From the NCBI GenBank assembly GCA_964252035.1, contig OZ176205.1: 64,000 nucleotides of DNA. One strand, written 5' to 3'. Origin of the DNA: Podarcis erhardii (Eukaryota). The first letter of the stretch is position 1. Each line of letters begins with the position of its first letter. A model generated the notes under the pieces. It did no database searches. It was given only the letters and a program-made list of their open reading frames with translations, and was not told where the DNA came from. This document shows positions 13,405-24,921 of the stretch, piece by piece. A program made the translations under genes and the position numbers.

Positions 13405-13830
13405 CTTAGTTTTCATTCTAGAGGAAACCATGGTTTGTATCTTACCATGATGAGCTGCAGTACTTACTAGTGCATGCTGCCCAATCACTCCCACTTTGCT
13501 CCACTGTTCCTGGAGCTGGAAGAAACAAACTATGAAGCTTGGCATTACACGCAAATCAGTGCTTGTGGTTTGCTGCTTCCCCAACAAACCATGAGTGAGA
13601 AGCTAAGGTTTGCTGTTGCCTTACTGCTCGTATTTTGCTTGGAACAAACAAATCACTAGCATTGGTTCACATGCAAGTAACAATAAGCCCAAACCTCATG
13701 GTTTGTTTCTTCTAGTTCCAGGCCCAGGCAGGGTCATTCAAAGCAGGAGCAATTGAGCACTATGCACTAACATGCTGCTTGTTCACAGTAAGCCATGGTT
13801 TATTGCTTACCATGGATTACGGTAACATGA
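13405..13830. repeat. Degenerate long fold-back (palindromic) repeat with AAACCATGGTTT motifs, probably an old MITE
   Basis: CTGGAAGAAACAAACTATGA is mirrored by TCATGGTTTGTTTCTTCTAG; outer CCATGG blocks are also mirrored. Confidence 0.55.
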
Positions 13831-14299
13831 AAGCTGGGCCTATTCTGAACTCAAAAACACATGATATCTGCACATATGCCCAGTAAAGCAAATTATGTTA
13901 TACACAAATGTGGGGAAATACTACAAGTATTAGTGGATCATCATATTCTGCACTTTAAGCAAATGACTCTTAATCCCCCTTCACCTGTTTATTGCATGGA
14001 GGGGTCTCCTCAGGATAGTACATGAGGCTATGGAGTCACACTGCTGGCCCCACCCATTGTCACACAATTTACCTGGTCCCTCAGGTGTCCATACATTGAA
14101 CTTGGGACATCTGCATAGGGGAGGCCTACATGTGTGTGCGCGCGTAACCCAAAGTATTTTATAAACCAAATATAAAGTAATTTATTTAAGAGTCCTGAAT
14201 GCTACTCAGCTACTCAGTGTGCTGACATTTTCTCTCTCTCTCAAACGTTTTGTGCATTTGGACACTCAGTGATGAGAAAGGAGAGCATGTATTAAGGTA

Positions 14300-14510
14300 C
14301 AGTGGTACCTTACAGACGCTTCAGGTTACAGACTCCACTAACCCCAGAAATAGTACCTCAGGTTAAGAACTTTGCTTCAGGATGAGAACAGAAATCGCGC
14401 GGCGGCAGCGGGAGGCCCCATTAGCTAAAGTGGTGTCTCAGGTTAAGAACAGTTTCAGGTTAAGAACGGGCCTCCAGAACGAATTAAGTTCTTAACCTGA
14501 GGTACCACTG
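14300..14510 (+). mobile_element. Tc1/mariner (Tigger-like) MITE
   Basis: TA|CAGTGGTACCT...AGGTACCACTG|TA: terminal inverted repeats with TA target duplication. Confidence 0.9.
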
Positions 14511-15016
14511 TACAGCAGAAACAAATACTATGCTGTAAGAACAGCCATGGACACGACATTTTGGAAGTTGGTCTAGATTGCTAGTGGGTCCCCCGAGACT
14601 GCGGGCGCACAGCCACAGGCCACATAGCCCATGCTTTAACCTGGCCTTGTGCTTATGACTTGGTACTCTGGCATTTCACTAGCTGTTTCTGTGGTGATTC
14701 ACATCAGGATGTGAAGGTTTGTCATTCTGTTAGTGAATGCCCACTCCTTCTTCCCTTGTGTGTGGGTGTATGTTCAGGTGTCACTTTAACCCATTCCTTT
14801 CTTCTTGTGCAGCTTAATTTTTCAAGGCACACTTTAGGCTCTTTCATGGCACGCTGTTGTGGCCTGGTAAATTGTGTGAGTAATCACAAGGCCCAGATGT
14901 GGTTTGGAGAGCAAACTCTGAGGGCTCATCCTCACTTCTGTTTGTCTCTTGGTTTTCAGGCATGGGTCTGATAGGTTTTTCTTTTGTTCCATTGTTTTCT
15001 CCGGGAAAACCCACTG

Positions 15017-15183
15017 CAGACCCTCCAATTTCCCTATTTTCCAGGGACATCCCTGATTTAGAGAAGCCGTCCTGGTTTCTGATTTGATCCTGGAATGTCC
15101 TGGTTTTGCTTAGGATGTCCCTACTTTCAATGGAGAAATGTTGGAGGGTATGGTAGGATGTCCCTATTTTCATTGGAGAAATA
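15017..15183. repeat. Interspersed repeat with duplicated GGATGTCCCTA(C/T)TTTCA(A/T)TGGAGAAAT end; related antisense fragment at ~41952-42030
   Basis: Tandem duplication seen at 15114-15183. AAATAGGGACATTC...AAATCAGAAGCCAGGA at 41.95 kb is the reverse complement of this repeat. Confidence 0.55.
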
Positions 15184-15226
15184 TTTCAGAAATACATACA
15201 ATTATTGAAGTAACGCTTTGACAATA

Positions 15227-15468
15227 CAGTGGAATCTCGTGTTACGTACCATCCTCCTTATGAATGCTTCTGGTATCGAGCTCCACTATCCTGGAAGTAG
15301 ATGCTCCTGGTTGCGAACTTTGCCCCGGGATGCGAGTGGAAGTCATGCATTGGCGGCGCAGCAGCAGCAGGAGGCACCATTAGCGAAAGCGCGCCTCATG
15401 TTAAGAACTGTTTCGGCTTAAGAACGGACCTCCGGAACAAATTAAGTTTGTAACTGGAGGTACCACTG
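15227..15468 (+). mobile_element. Tc1/mariner (Tigger-like) MITE, related subfamily
   Basis: TA|CAGTGG...GGTACCACTG|TA; shares CCATTAGC(G/T)AAAG and GTTAAGAAC internal motifs with the 14300 copy. Confidence 0.85.
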
Positions 15469-16688
15469 TAATTGTCCTTCCCTCTAAGTTTCTGTATGAT
15501 CTACAGGTAACTCTAGGTGGACTGTGTAAATTTGCTTTGATGGTATGAAATTGCCCCCCACCCCCCAATGATCTAAAGGCAGCGGAGGGGGAAAATCATT
15601 TTATTATTTAATTTCTTAAATGAAAGATTGCCCTTCTGTGCCCGTCTAAATTCAAGGGTAGGATAATTCTGACTGCACATTTCCTCCAGTGGTATTTCTG
15701 AGAATCCTGTGCCCTGCTTCTATAAGTGGAATACATTACAAAATGTCCCTTCGGCTAGAGGCTAACCCTGTTAGTGAACTGTTGTGCACTGCGACCCCCA
15801 ATGCTTGTGCAGTACAGAAAGTAATCCCTCCTCAATTCATTAAGAGCATAAGACTGCAGCCTTAGGCTCAAAGTCTAAACATGCCTACTAGCACTGAAGT
15901 GTGAGCGAGACTTTCTTCCAAGCAGACATGCATAAGATGTTTCTGTTAGTGTTCCATGTGGCTCCACTGCTGGTTTACATTCTCCTTCCTTCAGACGTCC
16001 TGTTCTCTTTCCCCGCCCATCCTGTGAATGAGTCAGAGTGAAAGCAGAAGCTGATGAACGTTACATAGGGTGAAGCCAAGCAGAGCCAGCAGGGCTATTT
16101 TAAAACTCTATTGGTTTCCAATTCTCCCTGTCTTTTATGCAGGGCTTAGGCTCGCCTTGCCCTGTTGCTCTAGATGAAGTTCTCATTCTGAGGTGATGAG
16201 TGCTGGAATTTCCTTCGGGGAAAACCTGCATAGAATTCTCTGCTTTGTGACCTTGGTGAGTCTTCTTTTATGATAAAAAGAGTGGGGAAGAGACCCATAG
16301 TAGTGGAAGCAGAGAAATTGCTGAGAACCAGTGAAAGGTTGAGGAAGCCAAGAAGATATTCAAAATTGCTAATTCATCCAAATTTGGAGAAGGTAACAGG
16401 GCTTCAGCTGATCTCTGGATTTAGGGATTTGAGGGAGGCAATGCTCATGGGACTTGCCTTTCTACTTGTACAGTACCTGGTTATTACATGGCCCATGACT
16501 GTGTGTAATTTCTGATATGCTTTCAGGTGGTGCATGAGAATATAACAATAATTTAATTCCAGAAGAATAAACATACAAGTCGTATGCACAAAAGGGCTTG
16601 TGGTGGCTTGAAAGATTGTGCCATAAACTTCCATGGGCCAGCTAGAGTCCACTTTATCATCCAGTACATGAAGTGTTATACTGAGTTG

Positions 16689-16729
16689 GCACGCGCGCGC
16701 ACGCGCGCACACACACACACACACACACA
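16689..16729. repeat. Alternating purine-pyrimidine (CG)n/(CA)n tract
   Basis: GCACGCGCGCGCACGCGCGC(AC)n, 41 bp of uninterrupted alternation. Confidence 0.9.
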
Positions 16730-17071
16730 GACTGAGAGAGAGGTCAAGGTCAAAAGACTGAGATGTACAGTCTCTGTCATCTCCATGCAAAACTGAAATG
16801 TACACAAGATATCCTGTCCTTATCTTGTATACACTGTTGTTTTGCATAGAAATCTCAGACTGTATCTCTGCATTCCGTGGCCTTTTGGCTGCTCTGTTTG
16901 CATTTACTTTCCCCTCTAAACTTTGTGTGCGCATGCATTTCTCCTCCTCACCCCAGATATATAATCCCCCAGGTGAGAATAATACTTCTTGTACCTAATG
17001 AATTGAGCTGTAGTACGTGAAACCTTATGTGCTACCTCAAAAATAAAGCAAATTAAGGTATTTCCCTAAGC

Positions 17072-17201
17072 CAGTGGTGGTGGTGGCCAAACTTGGCCTT
17101 CCAGCTGTTTTTGGACTACAACTAGTTAACAGGACCAGTGGCCAGGGATGATGGGTATAGTAGTCCCAAAACAGCTGGAGGGCCAAGTATGGCCACCACT
17201 G
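17072..17201. mobile_element. hAT-type fold-back MITE
   Basis: CAGTGG...CCACTG TIR with exact 8-bp TSD CCCTAAGC (17064-17071 and 17202-17209). Confidence 0.88.
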
Positions 17202-17280
17202 CCCTAAGCAAACAGTGATGGACACAGTTGAAGCTTCCTTCCATCTGCACTCAAGCCCAGCTGGATGTGTGGTTGTGGGG

Positions 17281-17450
17281 AGGAAGGGCTGTAGTAATCC
17301 GTAATGTAGATATTATTTGCAGAGATTCCAAGTTCAATCCTTGTCGTAGGGCTGGTAAACACTTAAAAACCCGGACAGCTGCAATGTAGTTAGTGTAGAC
17401 TATATTGATGTATTGATGTAGATAGACCAGTGGTCTGACATGGTAAGCAT
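17281..17450 (+). mobile_element. Squam3-like SINE (highly degenerate)
   Basis: CAAGTTCAATCC B-box remnant, GTAGGGCTGG, GTGTAGAC, GACCAGTGGTCTGAC motifs. Confidence 0.5.
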
Positions 17451-17811
17451 CCTGGGTAAAGGGAAAAGTTTACCTAGGCAACAGATTGATTCATACTCCA
17501 TGTCATTGAGGTGTTTGCTGGTCAATTATTGAGGGCAGATTTAAGAATTGGATCTGCATAGTGGTATATTACTAGCACATGCCATAGTTGCATATAGAGG
17601 TTTGTAACTATGTCTGTCTACTATTTTGTAACCCTTTCTCCATGCAGTCGTCGTTTTGTTTGGAATGCACAGTATAGCTACATCAGAGTAAAGAATGGGT
17701 TCAAATTCTGGAAGCCTTTCAAGCTGTGTCCTACAACACCTTTGGGCAACTGCTAGGGGCCCAGTACTCCAGCAGAACCCACTGACACTTGGTGTGGGCC
17801 ACTCTTTAACA

Positions 17812-18062
17812 CAGAGGTAGGCAACCTAAGGCCTGGGGGCCAGATGCATCCCAATCGCCTTCTCAACCCGGCCTGCAGACAGTCTGGGAATCAGCATGTT
17901 TTTACATGAGTAGAATGTGTGCTTCTATTTAAAATGCATCTCTGGGTTATTTGTGGGGCATAGGAATTCGTTCATTTTTTTCCTTCAAAATATAGTCCGG
18001 CCCACCACATGGTCTGAGGGACGGTGGACTGGCCCACGGCTGAAAAAGGTTGCTGACACCTG
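17812..18062. mobile_element. hAT (Charlie-like) non-autonomous element
   Basis: CAGAGGTAGGCAACC...GGTTGCTGACACCTG termini with flanking direct repeat TTTAACA. Confidence 0.75.
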
Positions 18063-20473
18063 TTTAACACCAGAGTAAAAAAAAACAACACCTGGTACTC
18101 TGAGCAGTGCTAGGCTAGGCATTTCTCCAGGATGCTGTGAGAAATCAAAATGGTGGGTAGACTAAGCTGCCCAGCAGTGCTCAAATTATCGTTCCCGCTG
18201 CCATTACCAGGTAAGCCTGCCTCTCCCCCCGCATCTCTCTCTTACAAACAAGTCAGAAAAGCAGGAATGTCCTAAATGGAGATCACAAAGTATGCAATTT
18301 TAGGTTAATTGGCAAACTAAATGTTAATATGTCCATCAAAGCTGAATGGAATTCACTTATCAGTCCTTCTTATTGCACACATGATGATTTGTGGTCATGA
18401 TGCTACTGGAGCCTTCACACGTGATCCCGCTTTCAGTACTCTTTATTGAAAGAGTAGGCATAAGGAGGAGGGGGACAAGGAGAAAGGGACGGCAGAGGAC
18501 CAGATTCTTCATATCCCATAGGTTTCTGCTGACATCCCGTAGGTTTTTATGCCACACGTGTTCTGGGCCTTTCTTGTCCCACTTTCATTGTGCTACAGCC
18601 CATCCAGATAGCAATAATGTGGTGGCATGGAGGAATCTTTGCAGAAGGTTCTAAAGCAGAATAAATCCACCACTAATGCACTACTGAAGCATCAATAGAG
18701 CTGTATTGATGCACCTGCAATAGAGCACTGCATGCAGTGCACGTACAATGTGATGCACACATGTCCTTTTTTGCAAGTTGCTTTGAAAGTGCTCTATAAA
18801 GAAAAGCAGGTTAGAACTTCTTGAAACAAATAAAAATACACTCCTTAAAACACACATATAAAAAAACAAATAACAAATTAGAAGGCTGTACATTGTTAAG
18901 AATTTCAAAACTGAAAGAAACACTTAGGGCTCTAACATTTAATGAACCATTAAACTTATCAGTTTTAATAATCTTTTGATGCATTTAAAAAGCTTCTCCC
19001 AATTCAATGGGTAGTGATTTAATAAAAGGAATATTTACTTTTTATACGAGCACTTAAAATGACTATAGGCAATAGCAACTGAGAACAGGAATTCATTCTT
19101 CATTCACTTCCTACACATAAGGGAATTTCACTTATAACATAGTGCCGGTTCTGATGCATCATATTCAAAACAAAAGAATGCCCCGTGTCACCTGCTTGAA
19201 GAAATCTTAGTCAACCAGTCATATGACTTTTGGTTGATTTGCATATGGATGAAAGCAATTATTTTGAAGCAAGAAGCATGCTTATCTTTTATTTTCTGGG
19301 TAGGCCTTGAGTGTTAGAAAGCGGGTTTTCTCCTGGACCTTAGAGACAGTGATGAAGGGGATAGAGGGGATTCTACCAGCCCACCTCTCTCAAGATCAGT
19401 CTCTTCCTCTTCTTCTGACACTTCCTGCCCCTCCCCCCCATCTCCAGCTACTAAAACTCTCTCCCTTCCTCCAGCCCTGGCTGCTGCCTCATGGGTGGCA
19501 CAGAACCCCATAAATCACTGCCCCCTTTGCCTGTATCATCACTGCCCTGCCCTTGCCACACACTCCTTGAAGACCTGCCAGTACCTGGCACCTCCCCCTG
19601 TAGCAATAATCTCTCAGGCCACTTCACCAGGAGAGCGCATGAAGTACAGCAATCTATACCATAATCTCAGCATCCTATCACAACACACCAACCTCACATA
19701 ACTCTGACAGGGAGTGTGGAACGGGGTTGCATTTCTCTGACCGCAGGTCTTGTGTGCTTAGAATTCGCTGATGGAGTACTAAGGAGAAACAGCACTTTGT
19801 TTTGCGTTTATTAATTTATTGAAAGCAATTCATTTTAGCAATTGTATACTGCTTCATCATAGCTGTCTCTATGCAGTGTACAGGAGACCTCATACAATAG
19901 GATTAATAATGAGTTAAACCTGTAAATGAAAGAGTTGGAAGGGACCCCAAGGATAATCTAGTCCACCCATGCAGTAATGTCAGGATTCGATTAAAAAGTT
20001 TGCAGGGTTTTAAAATTTTATTTTAAGTCTTCAGTAAGTGCCTCTCATACTTCAACTGGAAAGGATTTGCACAACATTGTGCCCACAATACTGAACACAG
20101 CTGCTTGTAGATATGAGCCCAAGCCATGGAGGACCACAAACAGTGACTCTCCCAATGGCCTTGGTGGTTAAGCAGGGGTAGGAGGGATCAGGGGTTATGC
20201 ACCAGAATGTGCATAATGTGTCATCTACATGTTTTATGCACAAAAGTGGCACCATAGAAAATCGTATGCATTGTGCATTGACTTGAAGCTGAAGATGAAA
20301 GCATATTTACCTTGAGATCTTACACACGCAAATGGCTGTTACCTTCCCCAAGCCTAGAACATAGGATAGGTTCAACCTAAGTGAATCAGTGCATTCTGTA
20401 TTAATTTTAAGGCTGAGATGTGTTGAGATGTTCTCTTTCAGATGGTGTTTGGCTCATTTGTCTGTCCCAATTA

Positions 20474-20662
20474 CAGTCATACCTCGGGTTACAGCTGCTT
20501 CAGGTTGCGTTTTTTTGGGTTGCGGACTGCCGAAACCCAGAAGTACTGGAACAGGTTACTTCCGGGTTTCAGCATGTGCAGAATCACAACCCGTGCGTGC
20601 GCAGACGCGGGTTGCAAATGTGCATTCCACACTGATCATGTTCGCAACCCAAGCATCCACTG
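20474..20662. mobile_element. Tc1/mariner (Tigger-like) MITE
   Basis: TA|CAGTCATACCTCGGGTT...AACCCAAGCATCCACTG|TA. Confidence 0.8.
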
Positions 20663-21935
20663 TATTTTGAGAGATACTGGGTGCTATACTGAAGAGAATG
20701 AAAAAGCTAGAGAGGTCATAAGGAGGATCCTGGGAGAGTTTCCCAAGTACGAATTTGGGAGACTTATCACACAAGTTGGAACATATATTCCTACGGTGTA
20801 AGGAATGTTCTTGTTTCAGTTTGTTTGAGGTTAAGCTGATTTCTGAGCCAGAGTGCCTGTAGTCTATGAATAAGCTAACCATCGTGTGCCAGTTGTTATG
20901 TACTGCCTGTGTTATGACAGCAAGAAGGAATATGATCACTTTATCTATGCCCAGATAGGGCCTGTAAGCTCTTCACACTCCCTGACTGAAGAAGGCAGCT
21001 AGTAAAAGAGCTGAGGCACTTTGAGGACAAAAGCTTAACCAGCAGGGTGTAAACTCCTGCTTACATATTTAGGAATCTGAAAAAGCAGCTGGATTCTTCC
21101 TCTGAAGTGCTGAGGAGGCCATGCAAAATTGCTCTGAAAGCATATTCGCTATAAGAGCTTACATATGGTTGCTATTTTTTACCCATCAAAAGCGCCCTGC
21201 ATGCCTGATAAACCAGCTGCTTATTCCAGGAAATAATCTCAAAGATACATTTTTTTTCCAGTGTAGCATTGGTCAGACCACACCTGGAATATAGTGTCCA
21301 ATTCTAGATGCCACAATTTAAGAATGATATTCAAATGTCGCCCCAGTCATCAATTTGCTGTGGACCTTGGCCAAGCCACGGATTCCCCGTCTCTGCTTCC
21401 TACCTGTACTATGGACTTCATCGCACTGGGCTTTGTTTGATAGAATTGATTTGCCCCTGAAATGGTCCTGGTTTGACAGTCAAAATTACTACCTATATTG
21501 GAGACCACTGGAATATGAGACAAGTTTGCTGGATGGGAGATTGATGAAATTTTTGGCAGGTGGGGGGCAGTGGACAACAGAGAGGCCACCACCCCTCTAG
21601 GTAATTGGTTACATTGTTGAAATTCCCTTGCTGCTCAATTGAACTCTATCCTCAATAAACTTAAGCCTCTTAGATCTAGTCCTGCCTTCTGGGTAGTAGC
21701 AAACAAGTGTTTGCCCTCTCCTAATTGCTTGTATTATTATTCTTATTAGCTGATCAAAATGTGCTTAATCCCTTACTTCTCTAGCAAAATATTCCAGCAA
21801 ATTGGTTGCATCTAATCAGTACAGTTTTATCTATGGTGTTTTATTTGCAGCCTGAGCATCTTTTCATGATCCTGGCATAGGCTGGGCTATTATCCCTAGC
21901 ATGGGAAGAAGTGGCAGGACTGCAGTTCTCTAAGT

Positions 21936-22071
21936 CAGTGTTTCCCAACCTTGTGCCTCCAGCTGTTTTTGGACTACAATTCCCATCATCCCTTGCCACT
22001 GGTCTTGCTAGTCAGGGATGATGGGAGTTGTAGTTCAAAAACAGCTGGAGGCACAAGGTTGGGAAACACTG
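21936..22071. mobile_element. hAT-type fold-back MITE
   Basis: CAGTGTTTCCCAACCTTGTGCCTCCAGCTGTTTTT and its perfect reverse complement at the ends; exact 8-bp TSD CTCTAAGT. Confidence 0.92.
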
Positions 22072-23253
22072 CTCTAAGTAGTGATACTCTGAACCATATT
22101 TCATCCTCATGCCAGAGCAAACAAGGCCCTTATCTCTCTTGAATTCCATCTGTCTCTCATGTTTGGAGTCCAGGGACTCGGGGAACCACCTCTGCCTTCA
22201 TTCAGCAAAGTTTAATATACACTTCTTGTCACCTGACCGGAGATGATAAGAAATCTGAATGAGGGCAGTGGGTTTCCATTTTCCGGGTCATTACAGGGCA
22301 AAGATTAATGTAGAAGGAAAGGGGATCATTAACTCACTTTGATGTTAAACTTATTATTTTTTAAGTGAGTGAATGAGGAGGCCAACACTGGGAACACCAT
22401 TTTGTTAGCAGTTTTTGTGGTTGTGTTTTTTGAAAGGAGAGCAAGAATTCATGAACGATAGCTATAGCTCATTCAGACATTTTAAATGACGGCTATGTTA
22501 TGTTGTCTCTGCTTTAATGAAAGTTTTTTGGTGGGGAAGCTGCTGTTTTTCTTGTTGATTTTAATTATGATATGGTGTTTCGTTTTTAGCATTGTTTTGC
22601 TTGTAAGCTATTTATTGATAGATGGCTATATAAATTTAAGAAGAAGAAGAAGAAAAGTTGTTGAAGTTAAAGTAAACCATTTAACTTGCCATCAAAGAAC
22701 CAAGTCCAGTCTTTGAAAAGCACTGGTTTGTTCCCAGCGTTGGCCTCCTGTGATTTCTTGTTTAGGTTGTTAACACACATCTTGAAAGAGCAATTGTGTG
22801 GCTGTTATTGAATCGGCACTGCAAACCTGTATTCTTTTTGCTAGGTGAAGGTCCCATTGAAATCAGCTGGACTTAACTCTGGGCTCGACACACTTTGCTT
22901 GTCCCATGCCTGGAAAGCACAGGTCCAAGCAGTTTTCTGTTTGCCCCACAGCTTGCTCTGATTCAGCAGTAAAGAGTGGATTTCCCCAGGAGGAAGGGGT
23001 TAGGACAAGTGGAAGTGTAGATAAGCCTCCTGAGTAGACATGCAGTGGGTGCCTACTGAGAAGATCCATAAAAATGCAACTGTAACAAAAGGAACTATTG
23101 TGAAAATAAGAAATATTTGGGGGGTTTTTTGGAGGGGGGGCCCCACCAAGAATCATATAAACTGAGGGGAGGAGAGAGACCAGTACAGCCAAAGAAACAT
23201 GACCACCTGCTCCTCTTCGCAAGTTCACTTCATCTAATGGAACAAACACATTA

Positions 23254-23469
23254 CAGTGGTACCTTGGCTTAAGTACTTAATTCGTTCTGGAGGTCCGTTC
23301 TTAACCTGAAACTGTTCTTAACCTGAAGCACCACTTTAGCTAATGGGGCCTCCTGCTGCCGCCATGCCGATTTCTCTTCTCATCCTGAAGCAAAGTTCTT
23401 AACCCGAGGTACTATTTCTGGGTTAGCGGAGTCTGTAACCTGAAGCGTATGTAACCTGAGGTACCACTG
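23254..23469 (-). mobile_element. Tc1/mariner (Tigger-like) MITE, inverted relative to the 14300 copy
   Basis: TA-flanked TIRs; its reverse complement aligns end to end with 14300-14510. Confidence 0.9.
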
Positions 23470-24212
23470 TATAGTCACTGCTTGCAATTATGTCTGATAT
23501 AGGGCCTAAATGTGTTTTTCTGTTCATATGAGCTTTCCTACCCTTGTGAAATTAGACCAAGCGTCTATGAATGTATTCCCCCCCCCCACTAACATCTAAA
23601 ATCCATAAAATTAGAATACAAGCATTCATTCAAATGTGCATGTAAAAAGCAAAACAAAAAAAACCCCAAAACAAACAGTAATGTGCTTCATGTTGTTATA
23701 CTTAAAATATGTTATTGTTCTGCTCTCGTTTTGTAGTTCCTGATTGTAGTTCATGTGCAACTAGGATCTAGAAAAACATCTTGGAATGATCTGAGCTCCT
23801 GCAAAAAACTCTAAATTGACATAGCAGTTCAGCTCATGCAACACTTATCTTGCCTAGCTTTTAATTGCCATTATACTTGATATTTGGGGAGGTTCAGTGA
23901 AAAAAGAATTACATATTTTGTTCTGGTCGGCTTCACAAAAATTATAAAAGATGTTAGAAAAGATACATAAAGCAACCGTGGGGTCATAGAGTGTCCACAC
24001 TAAGCTCAAGTCCATTAACGCAGTCAAGCCAAGAGTTTTGCTGCTGCTGTACCTATTAGAATCACTTATGCTAAGCAACTTTCAGTCTTGGTAAAATTCA
24101 GATGCATATTTCGTCCATAGCCATATTTCTTCTATAAGGGCAAAGGCCACATTTTATAGCCTTCTTTTGATGCTGAATGCTTGTGCCTAAATCCTTCCAC
24201 TTTCCTTCTCAG

Positions 24213-24260
24213 GTTTTTAAGTGTCCCGTGGGAAACGCTGATAGATCCAAAATACCCGCC
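24213..24260 (+). other. TFEB: TFEB 5' UTR part of the first coding exon (48 nt, open in the TFEB frame)
   Basis: Polypyrimidine tract plus AG at 24191-24212, which implies upstream non-coding exon(s). Confidence 0.8.
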
Positions 24261-24458
24261 ATGGCGTCGCGAATTGGCTTGCGGATGCAGCTCATGCGAG
24301 AGCAAGTCCAGCAAGAGGAGCAGCGGGAGCGCATGCAGCAGCAGGCAATGATGCATTACATGCAGCAACAGCAGCAGATGCCAATGGCTCCAACCCCTGC
24401 CATCAACACACCAGTTCATTTCCAGTCACCACCGTCTGTGCCGGGAGAAGTCTTAAAG
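24261..24458 (+). CDS. TFEB: TFEB coding exon 1 (66 aa: MASRIGLRMQLMREQVQQEEQRERMQQQAMMHYMQQQQQMPMAPTPAINTPVHFQSPPSVPGEVLK)
   Basis: N-terminus MASRIGLRMQLMRE is diagnostic of TFEB. ATG at 24261 is in good Kozak context (gccATGg). Acceptor ttctcAG ends at 24212 (exon starts 24213). Donor AAG|GTACAG at 24459, phase 0. Confidence 0.97.
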
Positions 24459-24491
24459 GTACAGCTCGAGTAAATAAAAGTCTTGGCAATG

Positions 24492-24793
24492 TGTTATGTA
24501 CTGAGTTGAATAGGATCCAAACTGCAGCAGTCTGATTGGTCCTAGAACAATAGGATTCAGAATGCAGCAGTATGATTGGTTGGCAGAAACCACCCAATCA
24601 TGCTCCAGATAGAAGTGAATCCACAACCTGATTGGCTTACAGTAGAATTCCGGAATTAGCCAATCATGTGCAGCCCATTGTGTGAATAATGTATATAAAG
24701 CAGATACTTTGAGGGGACATTCATTCATTCCTCCTCACCACTATGAGCTGAATAAAGAGCATGAAATCACTTTGCGACTCTGAGTATATTACA
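24492..24793 (+). mobile_element. Solo LTR, 302 bp, sense to TFEB
   Basis: TG...CA termini. Exact 5-bp TSD CAATG (24487-24491 and 24794-24798). Five CCAAT/ATTGG boxes (24535, 24575, 24594, 24631, 24660), TATATAAAG at 24692, AATAAA at 24751, internal 40-bp-period duplication. Confidence 0.88.
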
Positions 24794-24882
24794 CAATGCC
24801 TAGCGGGGAAGCCAAATGGAGGCACTATTTATGCTATGGAAATTGCATAGATGGATGTCTTGTGTTTGCAAATCAACAAGTA

Positions 24883-24921
24883 ATGGACAGGGATAGCTCG
24901 GCCATAGTGATCCACGTGCAG
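24883..24921 (+). CDS. TFEB: Candidate alternative first coding exon of TFEB (MDRDSSAIVIHVQ), phase 0 to coding exon 2
   Basis: ATG with G at -3 and +4, 13 open codons, then CAG|GTAACT donor at 24922. Position is analogous to MITF exon 1M. No transcript evidence available. Confidence 0.4.
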
